Sequence record: NC_061448.1
Length of the DNA: 64,000 nt
Direction: 5' to 3' (one strand)
Shown here: one piece after another, positions 1 through 9,932 of the stretch
Layout of the letters: the number at the start of each line of letters is the position of its first letter
How positions within the stretch are numbered: position 1 is the stretch's first letter
The notes under the pieces: generated by a model
Told to the model about the DNA's origin: nothing
Databases searched by the model: none
What the model saw: the letters and a program-made list of their open reading frames with translations, nothing else
Program-made: the position numbers and the translations under genes

Positions 1-1455
1 CCAAAGATTAAGGAAGCATACAGGACGGCCATGATGGGCCGTCTTGGCGCTTCTCACTTTAGTTCGGAAGTCACTCGCAAAGCATTCCGCCGCATAACTA
101 AGCTGGTGGAAGTTAAGAGCGAAATAATTGAATGGGACGACTTGCTGGAAGACCCTAACCTGAGTGAAGAGTTCAGGGACAGTCTGCGTGAAGCAGAGGA
201 AACTCCAGCGAAGACCATGAAAGGGTTCGATAAGATCTACGATAGTCTGGAGAAGTATCGCCAGCGTCGTGACATTATGAACCTGGGTAAGATGATTGCC
301 AAAGACTTCGGGGAAGCTGACCCGGAAGAGTTCGACGAGCAGACGTATATGCAAGAGCTGGCCGATAAGCTCGGGCAAGCGCAGCGGGGCACACGAACGA
401 CAGAGAAGGTCTGGACGTTTGGTGGCAAGAAGTCGAACGCAACCAAGTTAGCGAAGCAGGTAATCACTAACCCGAAAGAAGTGATGTACAAGACCGGCTT
501 CACAAGCTACGACAAAAAGAACGGCGGTTGGCCGACGACTGGCGTAGTGTTGTTAGCAGGTTCAACGTCAGGCGGTAAGTCTGTGCTGTCAATGAACATC
601 GCAGACCGCATGGCGAAGATGAATGGCATACACTGTTTGAAAGTCACTCTTGAGATGACAGCCGAGCAGGAAATGAAGCGTATGCTGTCCATGATCAGTG
701 GCATCGACTTCTGGAAGATCAAGCAGGGTAAACTCTCGCAGCGTGAGCAGAAAGAACTGCTGAAAGCCGCGAAGAAGTACGACAAGATCATGAGCAAGTC
801 GAAGGGACGTAACTCGTTCACTTCACCTGAGCGTGGCATGTCGATTGATGACGTTCTGTATATGTCGATTCCATATGGCGTACACGTAACGTTCATTGAC
901 TACGTTGGTCTGCTTGAAGGTATCGACAACGACAACCAGTGGCGCGAGCTGTCTACTGTTGTTCGTAAAGCGAAAGTACACGCGTCAGCAACAGGCCAGC
1001 TTGTTGTTATCCTGTGTCAGCTTGATGATCAGTCTGGACGTATTCGTTACTCTGGCGGTATGCGTGAGCACGCCGACGTTGTGTGGGCATGGAACTACTC
1101 TGACCCGGAAGTGCGTGAAGGTAAAATCATTCCTGTTCAGGTAATGAAAGCGCGTGACGGTGAACTGTTCGAGATGCCTCTGAAAGACGTGTTTGAGAAA
1201 ATGCGTGTTGAAGATGCAGACGAGGGCACGGAGGTTCCTAAATCGAAAGCTATCTCTGCTGATGATATGGAGGGTGGCGGAGAGTCCAAGAAGAAATTCG
1301 GAAAAGGTAATTTCAAGAAGAAGGATAAGATTGAGATTAAGAAATCTCGTCGTGGTGCTGCTGCGTTCCTCAATTCAGGCAACGATAGCGATGACGACGA
1401 CGATGACGACTTACCGAAGAAAAAGAAGAAGCGTAAATCGTATGACGTAGCTTAG
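1..1455 (+). CDS. dnaB: DnaB-like (SF4) replicative helicase, 5'-truncated by the window edge
   Basis: Walker A AGSTSGGKS, TLEMTAEQ, FIDYVGLL, VILCQL and QVMKARDG motifs. The frame is open back to base 1 (PKIKEAYRTAMM), so the true start lies upstream. Confidence 0.85.
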   Translation, partial: PKIKEAYRTAMMGRLGASHFSSEVTRKAFRRITKLVEVKSEIIEWDDLLEDPNLSEEFRDSLREAEETPAKTMKGFDKIYDSLEKYRQRRDIMNLGKMIAKDFGEADPEEFDEQTYMQELADKLGQAQRGTRTTEKVWTFGGKKSNATKLAKQVITNPKEVMYKTGFTSYDKKNGGWPTTGVVLLAGSTSGGKSVLSMNIADRMAKMNGIHCLKVTLEMTAEQEMKRMLSMISGIDFWKIKQGKLSQREQKELLKAAKKYDKIMSKSKGRNSFTSPERGMSIDDVLYMSIPYGVHVTFIDYVGLLEGIDNDNQWRELSTVVRKAKVHASATGQLVVILCQLDDQSGRIRYSGGMREHADVVWAWNYSDPEVREGKIIPVQVMKARDGELFEMPLKDVFEKMRVEDADEGTEVPKSKAISADDMEGGGESKKKFGKGNFKKKDKIEIKKSRRGAAAFLNSGNDSDDDDDDDLPKKKKKRKSYDVA

Positions 1456-1463
1456 GAGTCTTC

Positions 1464-1706
1464 ATGGACAATATCGCATGGGCAGTCTTTGACGACGAAG
1501 CCCGCAACAACATAGACAAGGATTATGTCTATCACGTTCGCACCAAGGAGGGTGCTGAACTCTCTGGCATGTACCCGAATGGCAATGGGTTCCACTGTCA
1601 GAATCCCGGTGAACCTAATCGTACTGACATGAGTGACGTTTCTCACTATGCAGTGCAGATGAAGTTCGACGATCACGCCGACAAGTACGTGTTCAAACGT
1701 GGGTAA
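1464..1706 (+). CDS. hypothetical protein
   Basis: GGAG SD before ATG; overlaps the next gene. Confidence 0.7.
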   Translation: MDNIAWAVFDDEARNNIDKDYVYHVRTKEGAELSGMYPNGNGFHCQNPGEPNRTDMSDVSHYAVQMKFDDHADKYVFKRG

Positions 1707-2502
1707 GCATTACGAAGGCCCATACGGACTTGTTGAGTCTGACAACATGGTTCCCCGCTGGACGTACCCTGTTAAGCATGGACAGATACGCCGAGTAGAA
1801 GCGTGGGAACTTGATAAGATGCCAAACACCACTATGCGTGTGCGTATGGTGAATGACATTCATGCAATCCACAGTACACCTGTAGAGGAACACGATGACG
1901 ACTCACTCGACCTCGACGAAGAAGCCGCAGCGATCTCAAAAACTGAGTCCCGACTTCTTATCAAGCCTCGACTCAATGAAGTCCGTTCCCGTAAAAATAA
2001 AGACCACGTTGGTCCAGAAAACGTCTTCACAGTCCCTGCCGAAGTAATCGACGGCACACTGGACAGTGTTGACGATCACGCGAAAACGTTCCGTGACTAT
2101 CTGCTGCATCAGGTATTCAGCCCGATACTTGGGTTTGATATTGCAGCCGGTGAAGTAGAAGCAATCTCGAAAGACTGTCTCAAAACAGACCTAGAGATTG
2201 ATAGCGAGCTTGTGCCTTACATTGAGCGCGTAGGGCTTGCTAACATCATCGGTGTGATGCTGTCGAAGTCGCAGTCAGTGCCTGAGTCTGTACGCACAGA
2301 CGTGCTGAAAGACTGGCTAATCAAATCGTTCGATGACGTGCGAGCAGAGCACAAAGCGAAGACAGGCAGTAATACGTTACGTGCCCAGCTTCGTCGCTTG
2401 ATGCACGGTAACGACGAGCTGGTTGCCAAGGGTGCTGGCATAGGTACAACACGCGGATTTACTGAATACAGGAAGAAACAGAACGAGAATGGCCAAGCCT
2501 AA
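1699..2502 (+). CDS. hypothetical protein; candidate terminase small subunit by position only
   Basis: 267-aa ORF overlapping the terL start; no diagnostic motif recognised. Confidence 0.55.
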   Translation: MGKHYEGPYGLVESDNMVPRWTYPVKHGQIRRVEAWELDKMPNTTMRVRMVNDIHAIHSTPVEEHDDDSLDLDEEAAAISKTESRLLIKPRLNEVRSRKNKDHVGPENVFTVPAEVIDGTLDSVDDHAKTFRDYLLHQVFSPILGFDIAAGEVEAISKDCLKTDLEIDSELVPYIERVGLANIIGVMLSKSQSVPESVRTDVLKDWLIKSFDDVRAEHKAKTGSNTLRAQLRRLMHGNDELVAKGAGIGTTRGFTEYRKKQNENGQA

Positions 2503-5317
2503 AAAAGGCCCAGCGTTCACGATACGTCCGAAACGAATAGCTGCATTCGATGCGCTGCTTGGTGACGACGTTAAAGTGGACGCCTCATCCGACGTAGATT
2601 TTTTGTCGGAGAATAGTTCGAGTGCGATTAACTTTCTCGAAAAGGGCGAGGTTAACATTGTTGACCTCGTTGAAGGTGCTTTAGAACAACGCACACTTGT
2701 GCCGCGTGATTTGAAGTTTGATGACAGTTCAATGCCCCGCGCCAAGAACTTCCTTGAGTGGTGTACTAGTCCCGACTTCTTAAAAGCCGACCCGTATCTC
2801 GAACAGGCCATGATTGGTCTGCGCTTGTTTGGTGAGATCTGCGTTAAGTGCTCACCGAACTTGCAATGGATGTACACTGAAAACCATGAGCCACAAGAAA
2901 CGACTGCCGCGATAGAGACACACTTACACCTGCTACACAATGGTGTGTGCCCTCATTGCGGCGCTCGTCGTTCTGAGATGATTCGCAGGAAAGAGATGAA
3001 CTTCTACAACGAACTGGCGGTGAACGCCGGACAGCGTTGTGTGATTGCTTCAACTCCTGTGTTGACCTCTCGTGGCGTCATGCCTATCGGACACATGATG
3101 ATTGGTCATGACAGTCCTGGGTTCCACAAGCCGCAGCGTAACTTCAATGCGCATAACGGTCGTGAGATCAAGAACGTCAGTCAAGTCTACGTGTCCGATG
3201 AAGCACCAACCAAAGTCGTCACGCTCGCTAACGGCATGTGGATTGAAGCAACCCATGAGCACCCTGTGCGCACTGAGCAAGGCTTTAAGAAAGTGTCTAA
3301 GCTGCGTGGCGGTGAGCGTATCGAAATCAAACTCGGTACGAACTCATGGGGCAAGATACAGCGTCCAGTCTCTATCTACGATGCTGGTCTGTCTACGCGA
3401 GAAGAAGCGCTGCGCTATATTGCTGAACGCAGTGTGCCTCTCGGCGAAAAGATGCAGTACGTTACCGAAGACCCAGATGCACTTCAAATGGTGTGGTCGA
3501 TTCTAATCAACGCTGGTCACATGCCGCAGATCGTTCACGGTACGCGCATGTGGAGCTTGGTGTATGACTTGACTGAACAACCAGAATGTCGCTCTGTTCA
3601 CGTTGAGGTAATCTCCGTTGATGATGGTACTCCGCAGGTCACGTATGACTTGCAGATGGAAGGACTGCCGCAGTTCGTTGCGTCTGGCCTTGTGCACCAC
3701 AACAGCGGGAAGTCAGTTGTAGTAGCGATGATCTCGACCTATCTTACGCACAGGCTGCTTATGTCGCAGTCGCCTACTGGCATCTTGGGTATCGACAGCA
3801 CAACCGTATTGCACGGTACGTTCGTTGCCCTGACCCAGAAGCAAGCGTCTGATACACTCTGGACTCCGTACTTCAACTACATCATGGGTAGTCCGTGGTT
3901 CCAAGCATATCATGATCTGATTCGCAAACACGAGCGTCGTTATGGCATCGAGGTGATGAAGATTCGCGACACGTTCGTACTATACGGACACAGGAACTTC
4001 GTTATCTATCCTGCCGGGCCTGATGGTCGTATTCTTCGTGGTCGAACCCGTGTACTGGCGGTAATCGACGAAGTGGCGTATTTCGACAACGACGCCCAAT
4101 CCAAGAAGATCAAAGTCAGTGCTGGTGCAGTGTACGGCGCACTCGACCGTTCACTCGCAACTGTTCGTTCTGCCGAGATGCGGCAAGTCGAATCTGGTTA
4201 TGATGAAGCATTCACGGGATATTTCTGTAACATCAGTAGTCCGGTTCACGCCCGTGATAAGATTAACGAATTGCTTCGTATGTCAGTAGGATCTGAGAAG
4301 CTGCTGGGTATTCATGCTCCTACATGGAAGATGAACCCGACAATGCCGCGCACCTCTGAGTTCTTAGTCGAAGCGTTTCGTCGTGACCCGGTAGGTGCAG
4401 CCCGAGATTACGGAGCAGAAGCACCGTTGTCTGCTAACCCATTCATCACGCAGCCTACGTTTATCGCAGATGCTATACGTGAGAAAGGTCGTTCGATGTG
4501 TACGTATACCCATCACATCATTCGACACAAAGACGGTGAACGCCAGCGCTATGGTAGTCTCGTCAAAGCGGCAACGACAACCAAAGCGTCGATACTTGCA
4601 ATTGACGCAGGCTTCTCGAACAACAGCTTCGCACTCGTCACAGGCTCACGCGATGACGCAGGGATTATCAGTGTCGATTGTCTGGTAGAGATCGTACCGA
4701 AGCCCGGCATCCCTCTGAACTACACCCTCATATTTGACGAGCTATTGATTCCGCTATGTCGTGCGCGTAACGTTCGCGTAATGCTTGCTGACCAGTGGCA
4801 GTCACTCAAGTTGTTGCAGGATGCGAAACTGAAAGTGGATTCCATCGAGGAGTCCGACCAGTACAGCTTGAAGTATCAGGATATGTGGACTGTTAAGACG
4901 ATGTTCGAATCGCAGCCTAGTCGTATCAGTCTGCCTCGAATGACTCACGCTAAGACTATCGCTGACACTTTGAAATACGATGGTGATGAATACCCTCAAT
5001 GCTTCGAGAACAAACCAACAGAGCACTTGATCATGCAGTTGCAGACTGTGCAAGATACAGGCCGCAGCGTAATCAAGAACACAGGGGCAACCGATGACTT
5101 GTGGCGAGCAATGGCACTCATGGTCTACGGATTCGAGTGTGGTGAGTACGACGAGTATCTGACGAAAGCGCCAGAGGTAGCTATGAATCGTGACCCGAAT
5201 CGCTTGGGTCGCGTGGCACATAGACTCAACTCTGGCACTGCGGGTAGTTCACGACAGGCGCTGTCTGGTGGTCGAGTTCTTGGTTCTGCTCGTACCCGAA
5301 TGATTGGCCGTAAATAA
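2489..5317 (+). CDS. terL: terminase large subunit precursor containing an intein
   Basis: After intein removal, Walker A reads AGQR-SGKS. Walker B VLAVIDEVAY, RNase H-like nuclease motif ILAIDAGFSNNSFAL and C-terminal DDLWRA are present. Confidence 0.9.
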   Translation: MAKPKKGPAFTIRPKRIAAFDALLGDDVKVDASSDVDFLSENSSSAINFLEKGEVNIVDLVEGALEQRTLVPRDLKFDDSSMPRAKNFLEWCTSPDFLKADPYLEQAMIGLRLFGEICVKCSPNLQWMYTENHEPQETTAAIETHLHLLHNGVCPHCGARRSEMIRRKEMNFYNELAVNAGQRCVIASTPVLTSRGVMPIGHMMIGHDSPGFHKPQRNFNAHNGREIKNVSQVYVSDEAPTKVVTLANGMWIEATHEHPVRTEQGFKKVSKLRGGERIEIKLGTNSWGKIQRPVSIYDAGLSTREEALRYIAERSVPLGEKMQYVTEDPDALQMVWSILINAGHMPQIVHGTRMWSLVYDLTEQPECRSVHVEVISVDDGTPQVTYDLQMEGLPQFVASGLVHHNSGKSVVVAMISTYLTHRLLMSQSPTGILGIDSTTVLHGTFVALTQKQASDTLWTPYFNYIMGSPWFQAYHDLIRKHERRYGIEVMKIRDTFVLYGHRNFVIYPAGPDGRILRGRTRVLAVIDEVAYFDNDAQSKKIKVSAGAVYGALDRSLATVRSAEMRQVESGYDEAFTGYFCNISSPVHARDKINELLRMSVGSEKLLGIHAPTWKMNPTMPRTSEFLVEAFRRDPVGAARDYGAEAPLSANPFITQPTFIADAIREKGRSMCTYTHHIIRHKDGERQRYGSLVKAATTTKASILAIDAGFSNNSFALVTGSRDDAGIISVDCLVEIVPKPGIPLNYTLIFDELLIPLCRARNVRVMLADQWQSLKLLQDAKLKVDSIEESDQYSLKYQDMWTVKTMFESQPSRISLPRMTHAKTIADTLKYDGDEYPQCFENKPTEHLIMQLQTVQDTGRSVIKNTGATDDLWRAMALMVYGFECGEYDEYLTKAPEVAMNRDPNRLGRVAHRLNSGTAGSSRQALSGGRVLGSARTRMIGRK
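3038..3703 (+). mobile_element. 222-aa intein in the terL Walker A motif, no intact homing endonuclease
   Basis: Block A CVIASTPVLTSRG, block B ATHEHP, blocks F/G YDLQMEGLPQFVASGLVHHN, +1 Ser. Confidence 0.9.
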
Positions 5318-5357
5318 GCTAATTTAATCGGGACAAGTTATTACGAGGAATAAGATC

Positions 5358-5573
5358 ATGAGTAAGCACTACAACCCGTTGCTGAACAACAACACTGTAA
5401 AGTCAGAGTCAAGCGCTACACAGGTGGACAGTACGAGTGCCGCATTCGTTGTTGAAAGCGCTAACGTCTGTCCTAAGTGCAGTTCTTCTACAGTGCCGAC
5501 ACAATTGCTCTCAGGTGAGGGCGTTATGTTTTGCACTAGCTGCCGCGTGAGTCTCGCAATCCCTTTGAAGTGA
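5358..5573 (+). CDS. small zinc-ribbon protein
   Basis: CPKC...CTSC; GAGG SD; lies between terL and the portal. Confidence 0.75.
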   Translation: MSKHYNPLLNNNTVKSESSATQVDSTSAAFVVESANVCPKCSSSTVPTQLLSGEGVMFCTSCRVSLAIPLK

Positions 5574-5580
5574 GGTAAAG

Positions 5581-7515
5581 ATGGGTATTCAGGTTGGTCG
5601 TCGTCAACTGGGCGGCGCACCCCAAGAGCCTGCGAAGAAGAAACAAAGTTCTCTCGGAGCAGCCTCTTTACCACGCGAGATAGGCAAAGCAATCCGCAGT
5701 GAGAGTTCACGTCGTCACAGTGACTTCGTATCTCAATCTGCGGGTGGCGCAGGAATGGCTGCCGGTAATATGCAAATTGGTACCGTACCCCTTGATATCG
5801 ACTTAGAGCCGATGATGGAAGGTATGGACTATGATGCTGACGACCGACAGCTATTCAACGTCTACCGCGATATGTATCACTTCGACCCAATCTGCGGCTC
5901 ATACGTAGACTTGTTTTCAACGCTGCCATTCTCCGATGTGAGTTTCAGTGGCGCGAAGGACAGTGTGCTTGAGCCGTACTACGAAGTGAACGAACGTCTG
6001 TCACTGACCACCAGTATGCCGAACATCACAACTGATATTCAGGTTACTGGCGCGTTCGTTGGCAGTATGATCTACAACAAAGACCGTAAGAAGTTCATCG
6101 ACCTGATGACGCACCGTTACGACAACATCGACGTAACGCCATTGCCGTTTATCAGTCAGGACCCTATGTTCGAGCTGCGCATCCCTCAGTACGTGAAGTC
6201 TGCTTTCGCTAAAGAAGGTAAACGTATTGACGCGCTGAAAAAAGAGCTGGGCAGTGGGTTCGTTGATAAGTTGATGAACGACACGACGATGGAACTCGAC
6301 CCCATCGGCACAATCTATATCCCACGTAAGACATTCAGCTTTGGCGAAGGTATCTCGGTGTTGCGCCGTGTGTTGCCTATCTGGTTGATCGAAAAGAACC
6401 TGTATCGTGGTACGCTGATTGAGTCTGGTCGTCGTCAACGCGGTATCTTACACGCCCAGCTGGGTGATGGTGATCAGTGGGAACCGTCGCAAGAAGAAAT
6501 GGACTTTATGACCGACCTTCTTCTGTCTGCGGATAGTGACCCGATTGGATCTATCATCACAACCCGACTCGGTGTGAACATCAGTGAGTTCCGTCAAGGC
6601 GGTGACTTCTGGAAAATCACGGACATCTGGGACCAGACTGCTCAATTCAAAATGCGAGCTATGGGTATCAGTGAAGCGTTCCTCAGCGGTGAAGCGAACT
6701 ATGACTCGGGCGCTGCTGGCCTGACGATCTTCGTTGAAGCGATGCGAGCGTTCCGTGATCATCTGACGCGTAAAGTCTACTATGAGAAAGTCTTCCCGCT
6801 TATCAGTATGATGAATGGCCTTGCTGTTCAGCGTAACGGTAAGATCATCAAGAAGAACAATCTCATGGAAGGTGGCCTGACCGAAGTAATGTACAAACTG
6901 AATGACGGCAGCAAGCTGTTTATTCCGAACGTGCATTGGTCTAAGCAACTGCGTCCTGACGTTGACCAAGCGATGATGGAAAACTTACGTGCGATGACTG
7001 AGCTGGGTGTTCCGGTTCCGTTACGTGCTATCGCTGCGGCTGGCGGGTATAACTTCGACCAGATTCTTATGGATCAGGATGAAGACCTCGCAATGCGTCG
7101 CAAGCTGATGGCGTATCGCAAACGTCAGTCTGAAATCGACGCTGAGTTCGCTCCGCCTGAGCCGGGCGCTGGTGGTGAAGGTGATAGCTTTAGTTCGACC
7201 AGTAGCATGTCTGCTGATCTCAAACGTCGCCGTCGTCACGTAGCTGGTATTGGTCTGTCGTCTGCTGTTCTCGGTGGCGAGCCGCGTAAGCTGCTTAATC
7301 GCGACTGGGGTGAGCGTTCTGAAATCTTCGAACTGTCCAAGACAGGTAAGAAGAAGCACGTCTTCCGTCAGTCTGTCGCTAACTCAAAAGCTAACGACCA
7401 GATCTGGAAAGCTGCGAAGAACTACGAAGCCAACAAAACGATGCCTCTTGACAATGGCAAGGTGTCATTCCAGCCGACTGCTCATGAGCTTCGTGCAATG
7501 TCGAGAATCCGTTAA
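5581..7515 (+). CDS. probable portal protein
   Basis: 644 aa, helical, directly downstream of terL; GAGG SD. Call rests on position and size. Confidence 0.65.
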   Translation: MGIQVGRRQLGGAPQEPAKKKQSSLGAASLPREIGKAIRSESSRRHSDFVSQSAGGAGMAAGNMQIGTVPLDIDLEPMMEGMDYDADDRQLFNVYRDMYHFDPICGSYVDLFSTLPFSDVSFSGAKDSVLEPYYEVNERLSLTTSMPNITTDIQVTGAFVGSMIYNKDRKKFIDLMTHRYDNIDVTPLPFISQDPMFELRIPQYVKSAFAKEGKRIDALKKELGSGFVDKLMNDTTMELDPIGTIYIPRKTFSFGEGISVLRRVLPIWLIEKNLYRGTLIESGRRQRGILHAQLGDGDQWEPSQEEMDFMTDLLLSADSDPIGSIITTRLGVNISEFRQGGDFWKITDIWDQTAQFKMRAMGISEAFLSGEANYDSGAAGLTIFVEAMRAFRDHLTRKVYYEKVFPLISMMNGLAVQRNGKIIKKNNLMEGGLTEVMYKLNDGSKLFIPNVHWSKQLRPDVDQAMMENLRAMTELGVPVPLRAIAAAGGYNFDQILMDQDEDLAMRRKLMAYRKRQSEIDAEFAPPEPGAGGEGDSFSSTSSMSADLKRRRRHVAGIGLSSAVLGGEPRKLLNRDWGERSEIFELSKTGKKKHVFRQSVANSKANDQIWKAAKNYEANKTMPLDNGKVSFQPTAHELRAMSRIR

Positions 7516-7850
7516 TGTACAACGTGTCAACGTGTCCAATTGACGGTGAGGAAAAGGTGGTTGTGTATCGCCACCCTATCTTTACCGATTACGGTTTAGG
7601 CTTAAAGATTAATCGCGATGGCGAGATGACAGTTGTAGAATGCAACATCGTCACTGGCGTAATCGACGGTCAGTCTAAGCTGGAAACCATCGCAGATCAC
7701 AGCGCTCCACTTGATGTTCAATTGTGGTGTTTTACGTGCATGGTGACTCTGCGAGAATCTGTAAATAGACAGAGCCTATCATTAGATGCTTCATTCCCGA
7801 ATAACGGGGGCATCGTTTATTACAACCAAAATCAGGAGAGTACATCGTGA
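7515..7850 (+). CDS. hypothetical protein
   Basis: TAATG coupling to the portal stop. Confidence 0.65.
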   Translation: MYNVSTCPIDGEEKVVVYRHPIFTDYGLGLKINRDGEMTVVECNIVTGVIDGQSKLETIADHSAPLDVQLWCFTCMVTLRESVNRQSLSLDASFPNNGGIVYYNQNQESTS

Positions 7851-8233
7851 GTGGATTATTCCCGCATCGCGTTATCGATCAAAAAGAAGGTTTCGTATTC
7901 ATCGTTCAGCCTGCTGACGATAACGATCCTGATGCAGTAGAAGCGGCACAGGAAGTTGAAGCCGTCCTGATAGAAGCGTGGCCGACTGCACCTTCTGAGC
8001 TGACCGTCGAAAACGTGAAAGACCCAGAAGAAGCAGAACTGATTTACGCTGACATTGCGCAACTGCTGGAAGAAGCAGAACGCGAAGAAGCGAAACAGAT
8101 CGTAATCACCAGCGTCGTTGTTGCTGGCAAACTGGCAATCGTCAACTGTATGCTCACCGGTGAGGATCTGGAAGACGAAGATGAAGACGAAGACGATGAT
8201 TCCGTTGAAGCCGACGAAGAAGACTTCGATTAA
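7847..8233 (+). CDS. highly acidic hypothetical protein
   Basis: GGAG SD, GTG start, D/E-rich C-terminus. Confidence 0.75.
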   Translation: MSGLFPHRVIDQKEGFVFIVQPADDNDPDAVEAAQEVEAVLIEAWPTAPSELTVENVKDPEEAELIYADIAQLLEEAEREEAKQIVITSVVVAGKLAIVNCMLTGEDLEDEDEDEDDDSVEADEEDFD

Positions 8234-8242
8234 CGTCTGTCG

Positions 8243-8262
8243 TGAGGACCTTCGGGTCCTCA
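8243..8262 (+). promoter_or_regulatory. UUCG hairpin covering the SD and the A of the AUG of the 8262 gene
   Basis: TGAGGACC-TTCG-GGTCCTCA(TG); no U-tract follows. Confidence 0.55.
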
Positions 8263-8396
8263 TGAATCTAGCCGACGCGAATGTCGCATACGCAGCAAAG
8301 TTCCTTACGAACAAGACAGATGACGAAGCCCGCGCTCTGCTTGCTGCAATCAAGAATGAGGAAGTAGAATCACTGTATAACTTCTTGGTGGCGTAA
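8262..8396 (+). CDS. 44-aa hypothetical protein (start corrected)
   Basis: MNLADANVAYAAKFL...; TAATG overlap with the next gene. Confidence 0.55.
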   Translation: MNLADANVAYAAKFLTNKTDDEARALLAAIKNEEVESLYNFLVA

Positions 8397-8893
8397 TGGA
8401 AACAAATTCAGTGGACGAAAGTCCTAATAACGCAAGGCATCGCATCTTCTACAAGCAGCCGAAACGAGTCCCTCCCTTCGATACAGCTTTCGTTCGTTCC
8501 TCAAACAAGGAAGGTCTGAAAGTTCTCCTATCGGCTGCTCCTGAACATTGTCAGATTATTTTGTTTACGGACGGTCCCGGCGCTGCTTACGCCATGAAAC
8601 GCCTCTTTAAGCGCAACTTCAAACTCTGTTCACATGCTCCACAACTTGACCTCAGGACTCTTACGTTCACAGGTCAGGTCGTTTTTCAGTTCGTTCGTGG
8701 TGGCGCGATGGTTGACCCACTATCGCGTTACTTCTGTGCTGGCGAAAGCTATCTGCATGAGCTTGCCCAGACGACGAAGATTGCCGAAGTCGATACAGAC
8801 ACGATTGATATGTTCTGTTGCGGCTTAGGGTTTCATAATGCGTTACGTGAGCGTGGTCGAGGTCGTTCTCTCGTATTCGCGGAGGAACAATGA
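8396..8893 (+). CDS. hypothetical protein
   Basis: coupled ORF in the + strand run. Confidence 0.7.
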   Translation: METNSVDESPNNARHRIFYKQPKRVPPFDTAFVRSSNKEGLKVLLSAAPEHCQIILFTDGPGAAYAMKRLFKRNFKLCSHAPQLDLRTLTFTGQVVFQFVRGGAMVDPLSRYFCAGESYLHELAQTTKIAEVDTDTIDMFCCGLGFHNALRERGRGRSLVFAEEQ

Positions 8894-9921
8894 GTGGTAG
8901 ATCGTTTGCCAGTATAGGGAAAACCCCTACACCTGGCTCAGTGCCAAAGATGAAGATCAAGTACGGCAAGAAGCCGATGCTTCACGTTGTTGATGCGTCG
9001 AACTGGATGTGCCGTGCTTACTTCGCTACGCAGAAAAGTCCTACGTATGCAAAAGACGGTACGCCGACTTATGGTCTGCGTCAGTTCCTGTATATGGTCA
9101 AGGACCTGATTGATATTGCTGCGAAAGACCCGAACGGTGCGTATCTCGCTTTCTGCTTTGACCCAAGCTCAAGCGATACGTGGCGCTATCGTGCAATTCA
9201 ACAATGGGCTTCTGAACACAAGAAGAAATACATTCGTCAAGTGTTCAAGAAGTCGAGCGACTACAAGGGCAACCGCGACCGAACTCAAACAGTAGAGCTT
9301 GGTCCGCAGATGACTCTTGCGCGTGAGATACTCCAAATGGCGGGGTACTATGTAGGGATTAAAAAGCCTTACGAGTGCGATGACCTTGTCGGTACGTTGA
9401 GCGACCGCTTCAAGCATGACTATCTGATCAAGCTGTATTCGCGTGATAAAGACTATGTGCAGTTGGTCGACCACAAGAACGTTGAGCTTATCATGCAAGC
9501 GCAGTCGAACGCTGCTGAACGCCGCTTCGATCTCAAAACAGCACAGGGCTTCTTCGGTGTTCCCGCCAATCGCGTTACTGATATGCTTGCACTGTGTGGT
9601 GACGGCGTTGATAACGTGCCCGGCATTCCTGGTCTTGGCGAGAAGACCTCGATTGAGCTTATCAACAAGTGGGGAGGCGCGTTAGGTATTCGTGACGCTC
9701 TGCTCAGTGGTAAACTCAAATCAAATGCTGGTTGGGCGAAAGCGCTGACCATGCAAGTACCAGCTATGGATATTGAATTGCAAATGGAGCTTGTAACTAT
9801 CGACCGTAACGTTCCGTGTTTGCCTCGCAACATCGAAGCGTTCGCCCCGAGCAGACCAGACATAAAAGCGCTGAAAGCAACTAAGAAGCGCCTGGCTCTG
9901 CCTCAACTATTACACGTCTAG
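8890..9921 (+). CDS. 5'-3' exonuclease / flap endonuclease (Pol I N-terminal, T4 RNase H family)
   Basis: VVDASNWMCRAYF, YECDDLVGTL, SRDKDYVQLV, helix-3-turn-helix GDGVDNVPGIPGLGEKTS. Confidence 0.92.
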   Translation: MSGRSFASIGKTPTPGSVPKMKIKYGKKPMLHVVDASNWMCRAYFATQKSPTYAKDGTPTYGLRQFLYMVKDLIDIAAKDPNGAYLAFCFDPSSSDTWRYRAIQQWASEHKKKYIRQVFKKSSDYKGNRDRTQTVELGPQMTLAREILQMAGYYVGIKKPYECDDLVGTLSDRFKHDYLIKLYSRDKDYVQLVDHKNVELIMQAQSNAAERRFDLKTAQGFFGVPANRVTDMLALCGDGVDNVPGIPGLGEKTSIELINKWGGALGIRDALLSGKLKSNAGWAKALTMQVPAMDIELQMELVTIDRNVPCLPRNIEAFAPSRPDIKALKATKKRLALPQLLHV

Positions 9922-9932
9922 TAGAGGATAGC

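Noticed and set aside
1410-1440. PKKKKKRKS as a nuclear-localisation signal or evidence for a nucleus-forming phage
   Set aside because: Composition alone is not evidence, and no shell or tubulin gene is in the window.
3300-3600. Active homing endonucleases in the two inteins
   Set aside because: The terL intein has only about 100 aa between splicing blocks. The MTase intein's LAGLIDADG-like boxes lack clear catalytic acidic residues.
8396-8893. Clamp-loader subunit (LKVLLSAAPEHCQIILFT resembles LLKTLEEPP...FIL)
   Set aside because: No Walker A/B or SRC motif; similarity too short.
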